This document shows positions 51,361 to 62,786 of a stretch of DNA of 64,000 nt, one piece after another. Numbering within the stretch: position 1 is the stretch's first letter; each line of letters begins with the position of its first letter. The position numbers and the translations under genes are program-made. Source of the stretch: Octopus sinensis (Eukaryota). The notes below the pieces were generated by a model that was not told the origin of the DNA, did no database searches, and worked only from the letters and a program-made list of their open reading frames with translations. The stretch covers positions 141,174,001 through 141,238,000 of the forward strand of contig NC_042999.1 of the NCBI RefSeq assembly GCF_006345805.1, given 5' to 3'.

Positions 51361-54300
51361 TTAAAGAAAGTTAAATGTAAATTGTTTTTGAAAGTTTCTT
51401 GGGCCAATGCACTGTTCTGCCCGATTTTGTAACATACGGTGTGCTCGGGGCACCCGTTGACGGCGAGGGTGGTGTTGTAGGAGCCGGTGAAGGTGATTGT
51501 GCAGGTGAAGGCGTTGTGCAGGTGAAGGCGTTTGTGCAGGTGAAGGCGTTTGTGCAGGTGAAAGTGTTGTTAAAGGTGCATAGGTGGGTGTGTCAAGGTT
51601 GTCATCAAAAGATGAAGACGTCTCAAAATGTGCCTTTTTTAAACGGTCCACGGAAACGGTCTCCGAACGACCATTTATCTCAATCGTGAAAACCTTGGTG
51701 TGCGAGAAAGCACACGAAAAGGTCCTTTATAGGGAGAAACAAGTGGGCCCTTCACAGAATCGTCCCGAACAAAAACATGCGACCAGGTGTTCATATCCGG
51801 TGGAAGATGGGACGGTGGAGATTGCTTTCTGGGAAGCATGGGCGGAAGGTTTGAAAAATATTCCCGCAGTCTGGTGACATAGGTCGCCGGATCATGGGGC
51901 GGGGAAGTGTCTGGCACCAACATCGTACCGGGCAATGCCAGTGTGGTACCATACAGCAGCTCTGCAGCAGAAAACCCCAGGTCTGCCTTGACAGCAGTCC
52001 GACAGCCGAGAAGCACAATGGGCAGAAATTCGATCCAGGACTGTGGGTCCGAAGAGGCACGAAGAGCGGCCTTGAGCTGTCTATGGAACCGCTCAACCAA
52101 TCCATTAGACGCTGGATGGTAGCTTGTGGTGTGGATATGGTGCATACCCAAAATTCGCGACAATTCGCGAAATAGCGAGGCCTCAAACTGTCGTCCACGA
52201 TCAGTTGTCAATCGGGACGGGACTCCGAAGCGAGAAATCCAGTTTGAAACGAAAGCTCGCGCAACAGTCTCAGCAGAAATGTCTGCTATCGGAATGGCTT
52301 CTGGCTTCTGGCCAGCGGAGAAACCGATCGACACAAGTTAATAGATAAGAGAACCCGCGACTCACAGGCCATGGTCCAACCAGATCGATGTGGACATGGC
52401 GAAAACGGGCCTCCGTGGGGGGAAATTGTCCAAGCGGGGCACGAACGTGCCGTTGAATCTTGGATCGTTGGCACTTGGAGCAGGTGCGTGTCCAACAAGT
52501 AATTGTGCGACGCATCGCATACGGCCAGAAAAACCGAGCAGTGATTAGTTTGAGGGTGGCAGCGATGCCAGGATGTGATAAGGAGTGCAGTGCTTCAAAC
52601 ACTGAGCGTTGATGGGTCTCAGGCACCAGTGGCCTGGGAGATCCAGTTGAAGTGTCACAAAGAATGGTGCCTTCGGCTGACGGAAGCGGAAGGTAGGAAA
52701 ACTGGCAACAGGAAAACTTGGGAGAAGTTAAATCTAACGACGCCAAGGTGGCTGCTCCTGCGATATGGCAGCTAAGTCGATAGCAGCAGGAGACGAAAGG
52801 GCGCAAACTGGAAGGCGAGAGAGAGCATCAGCAGGAACGTTCTCTTTTCCAGGTATGTGTCGAATGTTGCTAGTAAATTGAGAGATAAAATCCAGGTGCC
52901 GAAAAGCACGGGGTGAGAGTTTGTCCGTTTTTGAAAACAGGGCAAACGTAAGGGGCTTGTGATCCGTATAGATCACAAAATCTCGCCCTTCAAGTTGATG
53001 CTGAAATGACGAACCGATAGATAGATCGCTAGGAGCTCACGATCAAAGGTGCTGTATCGTCGTTCAGCTGGTTGCAGTTGACGGGAAAAGAAGGCCAGAG
53101 GTCGAACATGGTCATCCACTGTGTGTTGTAACACAGCGCCAATCGCAGTGTCCGATGCGTCCACAGTCAAAGAGAGAGAAGCACCAGGAACTGGATGTGC
53201 AAGCAAAGAAACAGACGCCAGCTCCTTCTTAATGGACTCAAAGGCTGTCACTGCCTCAACAGAGAGGGTGACTTGACTGTCCTTTCTAGGAGAGTCCTTT
53301 AACAGCCTGGTGAGAGGTAGCAGCTTATCTGCACAACCGGGAATGAAGCGTCGGTGGAAATTGACCATCCCTAGATAATGCCTGAGCTGGCGCAAGGAAG
53401 TGGGGGGTGCGATGCGTTGAATGGCATCGACTTTTGACGAGAGGGGGCTGATTCCCGTTGAATCAATATGATGCCCTAGAAATCTAGGGAAGAGCGTCCG
53501 AAAACACACTTGTCGGGGTTTATGCGTATGCTATACGCGCGAAGACGCTGGAAGAGTTGAGAAAGGTGCCGGAGATGTTTTCGTCTGTCGTCGCTGCTCG
53601 CAATGAGTATCAGTCATCGACATAGGCAAACACAAAATCAGACGGACAACCTCATCAATGAAACGCTGGAAGGTGCTAGTAGCATTCCGCAAACCGAAAC
53701 TCATGTACAAAAACTCAAAACACCCAAACGGGGTAGTGATTGCAGTTTTTGGAACGTCGGCTGGGTTGACCGGTATTTGGTGGTAAGCGCGTATCAGATC
53801 GACCTTCGAAAAAATGGTACAACCATGGAGATTTGCTGTAAAGTCCTGGAGATTCTAATCGGATAGCGATCGGCTATTGTGACGGCATTGAGGCGTCGAT
53901 AGTCTCCAACCGGGCGAAAATCAGACTCGCCCTTTCGCGCCAAATGAAGGGGAGATGCCCATGGGCTGGTGGAGGGGCGTATAAGGCCAAGTTGAAGCAT
54001 GTGCTCAAACTCGGCTCTGGCCGTTTTAAGTCGGTCTGGCGCTAGGCGCCGGGGGCGTGAGAATACAGGTGGCCCATTGGTGGTGATGAAATGGAGGGTC
54101 GAGTGGGTGGGATTTTCCGGTTTAAAGGCAATGTCCACTAGCTCCGGAAATGAAACCAAAAGAGAGTGAAAAGGGTCTCCAGAGGTGGCAACAAAGAATG
54201 TCGGGCTAAGGACCGCAGTGGTGGAACTCCCAGTCGGTGTAGAGAGCGACGTCGTGCTATCAAGAAGCCTCCGACGCCTGACATCCACCAATAGGTTAAA

Positions 54301-54693
54301 CCTATCCAGGAAATCAGCGCCGAGAATAGGATGCGTGATGTCAGCGATGACGAAAACCCATCGAAAGTCTCGACGAAGGTTGAGGTCGAGGCGCAGCGAA
54401 ATCTGACCGTAAGTGGTTATGGGAGACGAGTCAATAGCATGCAAGACAATCGAAGAGCGCTTGGGCTTGTCTGCAGCCAGACGAAGGGGCCAGATGCTGC
54501 AACAGGAACCGGTGTCTACCATGAAGAATGTCTTCGACACCAGATCTTTTACATAGAATGCACGATGTTTGGGAAACGAGATGGAAGAAGGTGACGTGCT
54601 CACCTCCTCCGGATTTAGTTTTCCGAGGGCTTGAAAGTGCACGGCTGGGTACACCGATCTGCCTTCTCGGCATATCTCGAATGGTACCAGCAC
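51361..54693 (-). pseudogene. pol: Pol (protease-RT-RNaseH-integrase), broken by multiple 1-2 bp frameshifts as assembled
   Basis: Protease VDTGS; RT WASPLH...DYRRLN...RYPI and YVDD (~53610-53622); RNaseH DASD and FDRELLAIY; integrase HPG...C-x2-C, HIDLVGP, TDRGRQF and [12 protein letters not shown]; GPY/F motif PYKGPFRVL. Motifs are spread over several frames. Confidence 0.93.
54584..54624 (-). promoter_or_regulatory. Putative -1 programmed ribosomal frameshift signal at the gag/pol junction
   Basis: pol is in the -1 frame to gag. Heptamer G GAA AAC directly precedes the gag TAA, then a 7-nt spacer and an 11-bp hairpin GGAGGAGGTGA-gcacg-TCACCTTCTTC. Confidence 0.7.
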
Positions 54694-55352
54694 CAGCCGG
54701 AACGAGAAACAGAGTCACTCCGACTGCGGGAAATAGAGCTACTGCGACTACGAGATTGGCGTCCGATCGCACGGCACAGATCATCGATCCTCCGCGTAAG
54801 CGCGTCGATGTTCTCGGCCAGTTTATCGTTCGTCGGAGGGGTCGGGGGGGGCTCTGTACATGCGTACAGGCCCCGCGAGGGAGATGGGCGCGAAAACTCC
54901 AACACTTTGTCGGCCATCGTGGCGATCTGGTCCACAGACACAGCATCCAGTGCCGTGGCCAACATTGTCTGCACGTGGGCAGGCAGCCTTGAGAAAAATA
55001 TCTTACGTAAGAGCGGCGCGTCAGCGGCGTTGCCGCTTAGCTCTCTTAGATGGCGCAGAAATTGGGATGGAGTTCTGTCCCCTAACTGCTCGTCGGCCAT
55101 CAGTTCATTAAACTGACATTCCTCTGAGCACGTGTTGCGACGGAGGATCTCCGCCTTTACTGACGCATATGTGGCGTCAGGATGGGGACTCACAATGAGA
55201 TCCCTGACCGATGTTGCGAGCCGGGAGGGCAAACTTGAAAACAGTAGATGTAACTGCTGTTGTGGCGGAATGGTATGCGCGGCAAAGTGTGATTCCACCT
55301 GTGCAAACCACAGCCCCGCATCCCCCGTAAATGAAGGCAAACCTGAAGCCAT
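54615..55352 (-). CDS. gag: Gag protein of Gypsy element (245 aa, intact)
   Basis: N-terminal LPSFTGDAGLWFAQVESHF motif typical of Ty3/Gypsy Gag; C-terminal CWYH-x9-C-x3-C zinc-knuckle variant. Confidence 0.92.
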   Translation of the reverse strand: MASGLPSFTGDAGLWFAQVESHFAAHTIPPQQQLHLLFSSLPSRLATSVRDLIVSPHPDATYASVKAEILRRNTCSEECQFNELMADEQLGDRTPSQFLRHLRELSGNAADAPLLRKIFFSRLPAHVQTMLATALDAVSVDQIATMADKVLEFSRPSPSRGLYACTEPPPTPPTNDKLAENIDALTRRIDDLCRAIGRQSRSRSSSISRSRSDSVSRSGWCWYHSRYAEKADRCTQPCTFKPSEN

Positions 55353-55721
55353 GCCTTTGTCGGAAGGAATCTGTGAGAAGGGGGCAGAAGGTATGGTCTA
55401 GAAGTGGAGAGAGAACACGTGGAACCGAGAAGGCAATTCAAAATTGTGTTTGTGTGTGCACCTCGTGGGTAGCAAAAAAAGGAATAAGTGTGTACAAGGA
55501 AAACAAAATACAGAAAAGGAAAAAATGAATGTGTGTGTGTTTTCTTTTTTCTTTGTTTTTTTTTTTTTTTGTACTGTGTGCGATGAATAAGGTTATTTGA
55601 CCCACCTCGCCGTGCTGAAAAGGAGAAAATAGGAAAATAAATGTGAATTTCCGCGCTCTTCGGCCCCAAAAAAAAAACCTGTTCGCTGTGTCTTTTTCTA
55701 TCCTGTTCTTTTTCTCAACTA

Positions 55722-55731
55722 GGGGTCACCA
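55722..55731 (-). promoter_or_regulatory. Primer-binding site, tRNA-Trp type
   Basis: TGGTGACCCC lies 2 nt inside the 5' LTR and is complementary to the ...GGGGUCACCA 3' end of eukaryotic tRNA-Trp. The match is only 10 nt. Confidence 0.8.
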
Positions 55732-55733
55732 AT

Positions 55734-56150
55734 TGTAACGTGAAAGGATCTATCATCGAAGCACTGGCAGGGTCGAGATCCTTTCTAGTCACATACAAAA
55801 ATTTCTTGTAGAAAACAAACAGACGAAACTCAGGTTAAAGGTGAACAGACAACTTGGTTTATTGATTCATGGTTGTACGTTGTCTGATGGGGGAATAGAC
55901 AGCCTCTGAGATACTGCTGGTGTTGGTCGTTGAGGTTGGTTGAAGTTGGTTGAAGCTGGTGTGTGGCTGTCAGAGCCAGGGAAACCGTGACCGATCGCAG
56001 TGCTGTCCTGAGCCGAAGAGAGCGATTTGAGGTTCGCGGGCTCGAGAGATGTTTTCCCGCACATGCGCATGGGGAAGACTTCCGGTGGCCACCCGGAAGT
56101 AGTCCCATTCTGCGCATGCGCGCCGAACCCTACACAGTAGCATCACTACA
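55734..56150 (-). repeat. 5' LTR of Gypsy element (417 bp)
   Basis: Direct repeat of 50829-51244; followed on the minus strand by AT and then the PBS. Confidence 0.96.
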
Positions 56151-56658
56151 AACTAATAGGAACACTGTGTAAGTGCTCTAATTGATAAGCCACTCCTGCT
56201 GATCTCTGAACTTTTCTCCCATTATCTGTATGAGCATTAAACTGCTAGATCCTACTTTTTCAACTCAATGTATTTCTCAACCCACTTTCTGAACTATGGA
56301 CTTATCGGGGATTATATGTAAGGAGGTACAGCTTCATGGAAATATAGACAAACCCCAATACACTCCAGAATGGGATGAACTATGAGCCTTGATCTTCATG
56401 GTTTTCTTTACATCAAATTTTCGACCTACATCTCCACATAGAAATTTCCTGTGTATATATCTTGTCTTCAATGACAGAATACCCAGTATATGGAAATGTT
56501 GATCAACACATTGATCCATTATCTGGGATATCCCAGAAAGAGCTGTATGGCATTATTATTTACTTTTGCTTATTTCATTTCACCATTATAATAATTAGAA
56601 TATTTCAAATTATCTGATAAGCTTGTCTTGCTTTGGGTTTGTTTTTCTCTTCCTTTAA

Positions 56659-56696
<38 letters not shown>

Positions 56697-56699
<3 letters not shown>

Positions 56700-58095
56700 G
56701 GGGGAGAATTCACAAAAAAAACAAAAGATGAAGATAGGTGGTATAGACAACAAACAGATGTATTAGTTTAACGCTTGGGAAGTGAAAAAGTTTTTAACAT
56801 TTCAAGCCTACACTCTTCCACAGAAAAGAACACAGAAAGAAACAAGAAGAGGAAATAAAGGATGTGTAGTGACTAGCGATCTATCATGGCAAATGCTGGA
56901 CAGAGAAGTCACACAGGAGAGCTAGGAAGAAGGGGAGATAATAAAGTAGTGGTGATCCTAAAACAAAGGTGCACGAGCATGTGTATGTGTGTTTGGAAGA
57001 GGGCTGGGTGACCTTGACATATGTGTGTGTGCATGTGTAGGTGTGTGGATGATGGTATGGGACTGGGAAGTGGTCAGTACTAGTATGTGCATGGTGGTGT
57101 GATGTGATGTGGTGTTGTGTGGTATTGTGGTGTTGGGGTGTGGGGGAGGCGAGTATGGGGAAAGCAAGTGTGGGGTGTGGGTTAGGCTGAGGGTGGGGTA
57201 GAAGTGGAGTATGTGGGAGTGGGTGTAAGGGATGGTGTGGGGGGTGAGATGGATGGGAAGGTGGGGTTGGAGTGTGTAGGGGTGGAGTTACAAGGGAGGG
57301 GGTGACGATGAAGGGAGAGGGAGAAGGTCGGTAGAAGTTAAGAGAAGAAGTAGGAGTTGGAGCAAGAGAGGAGAGGGGAGGAGGGCTAGATGAAGAGGGG
57401 AGGAGAGTTGAGCCCATGTGGTGCAAAGGAGTGAAGCGAGAAGATTAATCCCTGTTTACGGCGAAGACAGGAGTCTGGGTGACCCCTGTGCAAGAACAAT
57501 CCGAACACAGACAGGTGTTGCAAAGAGTGACCAGAAGAGTGGAAATGGTGTGAGACCAAGGTGTCATTGCTGAGTCAGATGTCTGGAGGTGTTCCATGAA
57601 CCGGTCAGCCAAGCGGCATCTTGTTTGCCCGATGTATAGAGAAGGGCAGAGAGAGCAGGAGATGCAGTAGATGACATTGGTAGAAGTGCAGGTGAAGGAG
57701 TCGGCAATATGATAGGGTTGATGATGAGTGCCAGCGAGGAGGGTGGTGTTGGAGAGGTAAGGGAAGTGCAGCAGCATGGGCAGGAGCAGAGGAAAGAGCC
57801 AGGTTGGGAGGTTGGGTAAGGGAAGAAACTGTTGACCAAGAGGTCTCATAGGTTGTGGGCTCGTTTGAAGGAGGGGTTGGTTAGGGAAGATGTGTGAAGT
57901 GGAGGGGTCGGACTGGAGTTGCTGGACGGCTTGGAGAATGGTGCATTAGAGAGGAAGGGTGGTGGGGAAATGGGAGATGGTGGGGCAAGTGCAGGGGAAG
58001 AGAGCAGATGCACGGTCCACAGAACGTGCTCTTGCAAGGGTGGTGTGGATAGTGGTGAGGGGATATCCATGTAGGATGAAGTGGCAAGCCATGAG
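56697..58095 (-). mobile_element. Penelope-like element, 3' fragment (end of RT/linker, GIY-YIG endonuclease, pLTR-like tail)
   Basis: HFILHGYP, FKRAHNL*DLLV, Cys-rich linker, FTCTSTNVIYCISCSLCPSLYIGQT...RFMEHL (GIY-YIG). Frameshifted; ends against a (TA)n tract. Confidence 0.85.
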
Positions 58096-60224
58096 TTGAG
58101 AATATATATGCATGCATATATTTAAACATGTATATATATTAGATGTAAAGATACATAAATGATTCATCTAGGCATGGAAAAGTAAACATTAAAATGACAG
58201 TAATGATGATGGTGCTCATGATCATGGTGTTTAAGATTTATTGATCCTTCCTTCCTATCGCTTGGTCATGTTGATAACATCACAACCAGATTTTGCCATT
58301 TCTCTTGGTCTTCTGCTGCCTTCTGTGTGTTAACAAAATTGAGGCCTATCCACTCTCGATATTAACCCAGGCAATGACTGATCCAGTATGGGTTCTAGTC
58401 TGATTGTCATCATAATGAATGAACCTTGGGCAAGTTAGCTTGGTAGCACTTATTCCTCACCAAGCATATGTTTTGGCCCCAAACACTAGGCTGTTGGCCA
58501 GGACAGATTCCTCTGCCCTAGCTGGTGAAGCCTTACCTGGAGTCTTTCACTTGCTGTGTTAATACCATCTCTCATTTGGTTTAACCCACCAGCTGAAGTT
58601 AGGTACCAGGGTGTGGTGCTAGGTGCCATCAAGTGAGAGATTAGGAGTTGAATGAGGACCTGTGATACCAGCCCACTTTACCATCCCTGACAAAGTGCAA
58701 CTGCCAGACACCAAAGCTGTTACCTCTGTTCAGAGCCCCCTACACTGATTGTGGATTGTTCAAGCTATCTGAATAGTTTGAGCAGTCTGCAAAACTTCAA
58801 AGTCACTGTCAATAAAATTAGACTCCGCACATGTGTTGAGTTCTTAATTTAGTTAATGTTTATTGTTTTTATGCATTTAAAATGCTTATTTTTAGCTATA
58901 CATCCACACATACACACATGTGCACACTCGCATGCACACATACACGCACACAAATTCATGATCATTATAAAGGGTTATTTTAAATTTGTATAACTTTAGT
59001 TCTATATGTATGGTAGAATTAATCTGTGAACAGGATAAGATAAACCACTTAAACATGCTGTTATAACTGGGGGAACCCATCCAACTATCTCCTTAATACA
59101 ACATTGTTTAGCTAATTCACGGCTATACTGTGCCAAAGTCCAACTGAATAGCAGATTGATACCAAACTCTTACATTACAACCAAGAAATAGCTTCAAGAC
59201 AGGAAACTACTCAGATAGACACTCATTAGTCAACCTAGAATAAAAAGCATTCTGCTATTTTTTCCAGCTACATATGGCTGCCATAATGATAGTAATCTTA
59301 AGATATTATTGCCCACCTTTGATTCTGTGCTCACTTGTAGAGCAACCTCAAATGCCAACTTAGCTTAACAAGTTACCACACTGTTCCAAGATAAAAAAAA
59401 AAAATGTCCAAGTATCTGCTCAAATATTACAAACAAAAAGAGTTAAGTTAATTAACTTAATGAACACAATAAATACCTAGGCAGTAAGCTAGAATTCCCC
59501 ACTGATGCACCACTATTGAATCTCTATTCTAAAACTTTCATTTCTCTCTTTTCCTTAATTTAACCATTCTCCATTTCTATTCTCATTTACTTTCTCAATT
59601 TCCTCCACCTTCCAGTTCTCCCCTTCACTCAGCTCATGTCTCTCCACAAGAATAAGACTATACATTTCTCCCCCTACTTATAGTTGTGATTAACCAATTT
59701 TTTTTCAGATCAATTAAAATTGAAGATGGACTGATTTGTCTTTTTTGTTTTGTTTTTTTTTTTTTTTGTTTTTTTCTTGATGTATTATTGATAATGAATC
59801 AGTCATTGTTGAGTAAAACATTAGAAGATACCTCATCATATCATGCTTGCAGCTTCATGTTTCTGAGGTCAGATCCAAATTTAGGTTTTTATCTCTTCAG
59901 GTACTATTAAAAAGAAATGTACCATCAAATATGAGGTGTGAATTTTTTTTTTTTTCAAAAGGCAAAATAATCTTTTATTTTATTTAATTATGTGATCTGA
60001 AATTACAGTAGTGGTTTATGGGCATTCACTCTATCAGTTTTTGCTGCAGGTCTTTGATATTCTTCAAGTAGAATGTGTTATCAAGTGTGCACTTGGCTAC
60101 CATTTCCTACTTTTTGCTTAGAATCTTGTACTAAGCTATCACTTCTACACACATGTAGTTCTTTAGATTGTTTTTTAACCATCAGTACCAAGATCATTCT
60201 AGAACACTGCACACACATGCACAT

Positions 60225-60320
60225 ATACATATATATCTATGTGTACATATGTATGTATGTATGTATGTATGTATATATATATATATATATGTGGTGTGTG
60301 TGTGTGTGTACATATGTATG

Positions 60321-60355
<35 letters not shown>

Positions 60356-60400
60356 ACATATGTATGTATATATATATATATATGTGTGTGTGTACATATG

Positions 60401-60433
<33 letters not shown>

Positions 60434-60465
60434 CTTTACATATGTATGTATATATGTATAGGATC
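60225..60465. repeat. Compound TA/TG microsatellite with a higher-order unit
   Basis: gtgtgtacatatgtat(gtat)(at)n repeated four times with variable dinucleotide lengths. Confidence 0.9.
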
Positions 60466-61187
60466 GTGCATACATACAGTGTATGCATGCAGGTTCCTAT
60501 CAATAACACTACAGACTCATAACTAATAATCTTCTCCTCCCACTGTCATCTATTATCATTAACAATATGCTTTCACACACAATGCTCTCTCTTTCTCTTA
60601 GTCACCATATGCACACATGTGCACATATGCATGCCCACACACACACACACACATACATGTACACCACCAACTTGCTTACTCCTGATCTTGTACGTGTGTG
60701 TGTGTATGTGTGCGCATGCCGATGCATGTCAGTGTGTCTGTAGGGGGTGGGGGTTGTACTTTTGTAAGATTATTTCCTATTTCAAAACATAAAAGCATTT
60801 TAAAAAATATTCCATGTCCTTCTTGTGTCAAACTTAATTGCTTTTCAATGATTTAACAAGAAAATACAATGAGCATACAAACAATAAGGAAACAAATAGA
60901 ATTTTGAAAAGCAATAAAGATAAAATATGCAATTTTTTTTTTTTAATTAATTGTTCCTCCTCCTTATCAATCACTCAACCATCTACCTTTTCTAACGAAT
61001 TATTCTTCTTCCTTTGTGTTTCCTTCTGAAATGGTAATCTATTATTTTTTTGTTTTTGTTATTTTTGTATTTTAGTTTTCTTGTAATTGTGTATATGCAT
61101 GTGTGCAGGGGGAGGGGCCTGGATTCATGCTCACAGGTTTCATTGTACAAACAAGAAAAAACTAGAACTCAACATGCTAAGTAGAGC

Positions 61188-61238
<51 letters not shown>

Positions 61239-61431
61239 TTACTCTTTATTCATATTAGGTTTGATAAGTGCCATACACAAAACTCTTAGGCCTTAATTCA
61301 CTTATGTAGCTTTAAAACTGGCATATATATATGTATGTATGCATATATGTACACATATATTTGTGTGTGTGTGTGCATGTGTATAGAAATAATACCTTGC
61401 TAAATCTCTCTACAGTAGCAGCATGATAGAT

Positions 61432-61795
61432 TGATGGTATGTTGTCAACTTAATATGACAGTCTCATGAAAGGGAAGAATGCTACTGCTATTTGGCCCTA
61501 GGAAATGCCATTTCCTGTTGGCCTTGACACATTTCCTGTGTCCATATGTTTTCAAAGGCAAATAGGCATCAACAGCTAGCAAGCCATCCTACTCCAGACT
61601 GATGATGAGCAATGACTCTGAAATTAGTCTCTGGATGCTGGCTTTGCTGGGTGGATGTGCTTATCTCCCCCTTGAAAACATAAGGATACAGGAAATGTGT
61701 CAAGGCCAACAGGAAATGGTGTTTCCTAGGGCTAAATAACAGTAACCTTCTTCCCTTTCATGGGACTATCACGTTAAGTTGACAACATACCATCA
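61432..61795. repeat. 364-bp long inverted repeat (fold-back element)
   Basis: 61432-61555 and 61672-61795 are reverse complements over 124 nt with 12 mismatches and no gaps; looser pairing continues inward to 61593/61635. No TSD found. Confidence 0.92.
61593..61635 (+). ncRNA. Degenerate type I minimal hammerhead-ribozyme-like motif
   Basis: tccaga-CTGATGA-t-gag-caatga-ctc-t-GAAA-ttag-TC-tctgga: 6-bp stem I, intact CUGAUGA and GAAA boxes, short stem II, GUC site. Stem III is one substitution from the palindrome ACTAGT. Confidence 0.4.
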
Positions 61796-61829
61796 CTTTA
61801 TATATATTTGTATATATATATATAGATAT

Positions 61830-62210
61830 AGGTGCTGGTAAGAAGCTTGCTTTCTCGCAACATGGTTCCAGATTCAATCCCATTGCATGGTACCTTGGAC
61901 GAGTGTCTTCTATTATAGCTTCTGCCCGACCCAAGCCTTATGTGTGGATTTGGTAGGCAAAAAACTGAAAGAGGCCTACTGTATATATACATGCGTGTGT
62001 CTGTGTCTTTCCACCACCACCACTTGATAATTGGTGGTGGTCTGTTTTGAATCCCCATAACTTAGTGATTTGGCAAAAGGGACCAATAGACTAAATACCA
62101 GGCTTACAAAAAATAAGTACTGGGATCAATTCATTCAACTAAAAATCCTTCAAGACAGTGCCCCAGCATGGCCACTGTCTAATGGCTGAAACAAATAAAA
62201 GATAAAAGAT
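61830..62210 (+). mobile_element. tRNA-derived CORE-type SINE (family C), near full length
   Basis: ggtaagaagcttgct...ttcaatcccattgcatggtaccttggacgagtgtcttc...ggatttggtag..., tail gaaacaaataaaagataaaaga. Partial copies at ~9160, 15660 (-), 19480 (-), 21470 (-), 32820, 35670, 43735 (-) and 62480. Confidence 0.78.
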
Positions 62211-62643
62211 GTGTGTGTGTAAATAGCCACATGAGTTCTTGTTCAAAAATACTACCCTTCTAGATGGGGCGGAAGATCACTTCTTACTCATACGTTCTAT
62301 TCTTGGCATTTTTTCCATGGCTGGATGCTCTTCTTAATATCAACCACTTCACAGAGTGTAATGGGCATATTTTATCATGGTACCAACACTAGGGAAATCA
62401 TCATGCCCACAGCCAAACTTAAAAAGTTATTTCAGTTTTTATATGTCCAAGCTATTATCATCATCATTCTTGATCATTAGGTGTAGACATAGCTGTGTGA
62501 TTAAGGAGGTTGCTTCACAAACATGACTTTGGGGTCAACACCTTAGGAAAGTCTCTTACCATAGCCCTTGGTCAACCAATACCTTGTGAGTGAATTTGAT
62601 AGAAGGAACCTGTGCAGAACCCCATCAATACATGTGGGCTATT

Positions 62644-62743
<100 letters not shown>

Positions 62744-62753
62744 TGTGTATACA

Positions 62754-62786
<33 letters not shown>

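Larger units (their letters stand above)
50829..56150 (-). mobile_element. Full-length Ty3/Gypsy LTR retrotransposon
   Basis: Two ~416-bp direct LTRs with TG...CA ends and a 4-bp TSD AACT (50825-50828 and 56151-56154). PBS and PPT present. gag then pol in PR-RT-RH-IN order on the minus strand. Confidence 0.97.

Noticed and set aside
51399-55669. Plus-strand and alternative-frame ORFs over the Gypsy interior
   Set aside because: Antisense or out-of-frame shadows of GC-rich gag/pol; no evidence of an env or additional gene.
60009-60090. ttacag|TA GTG GTT TAT GGG as the next DCP1 exon
   Set aside because: Similarity stops after VYG; the conserved IWFYD is absent.
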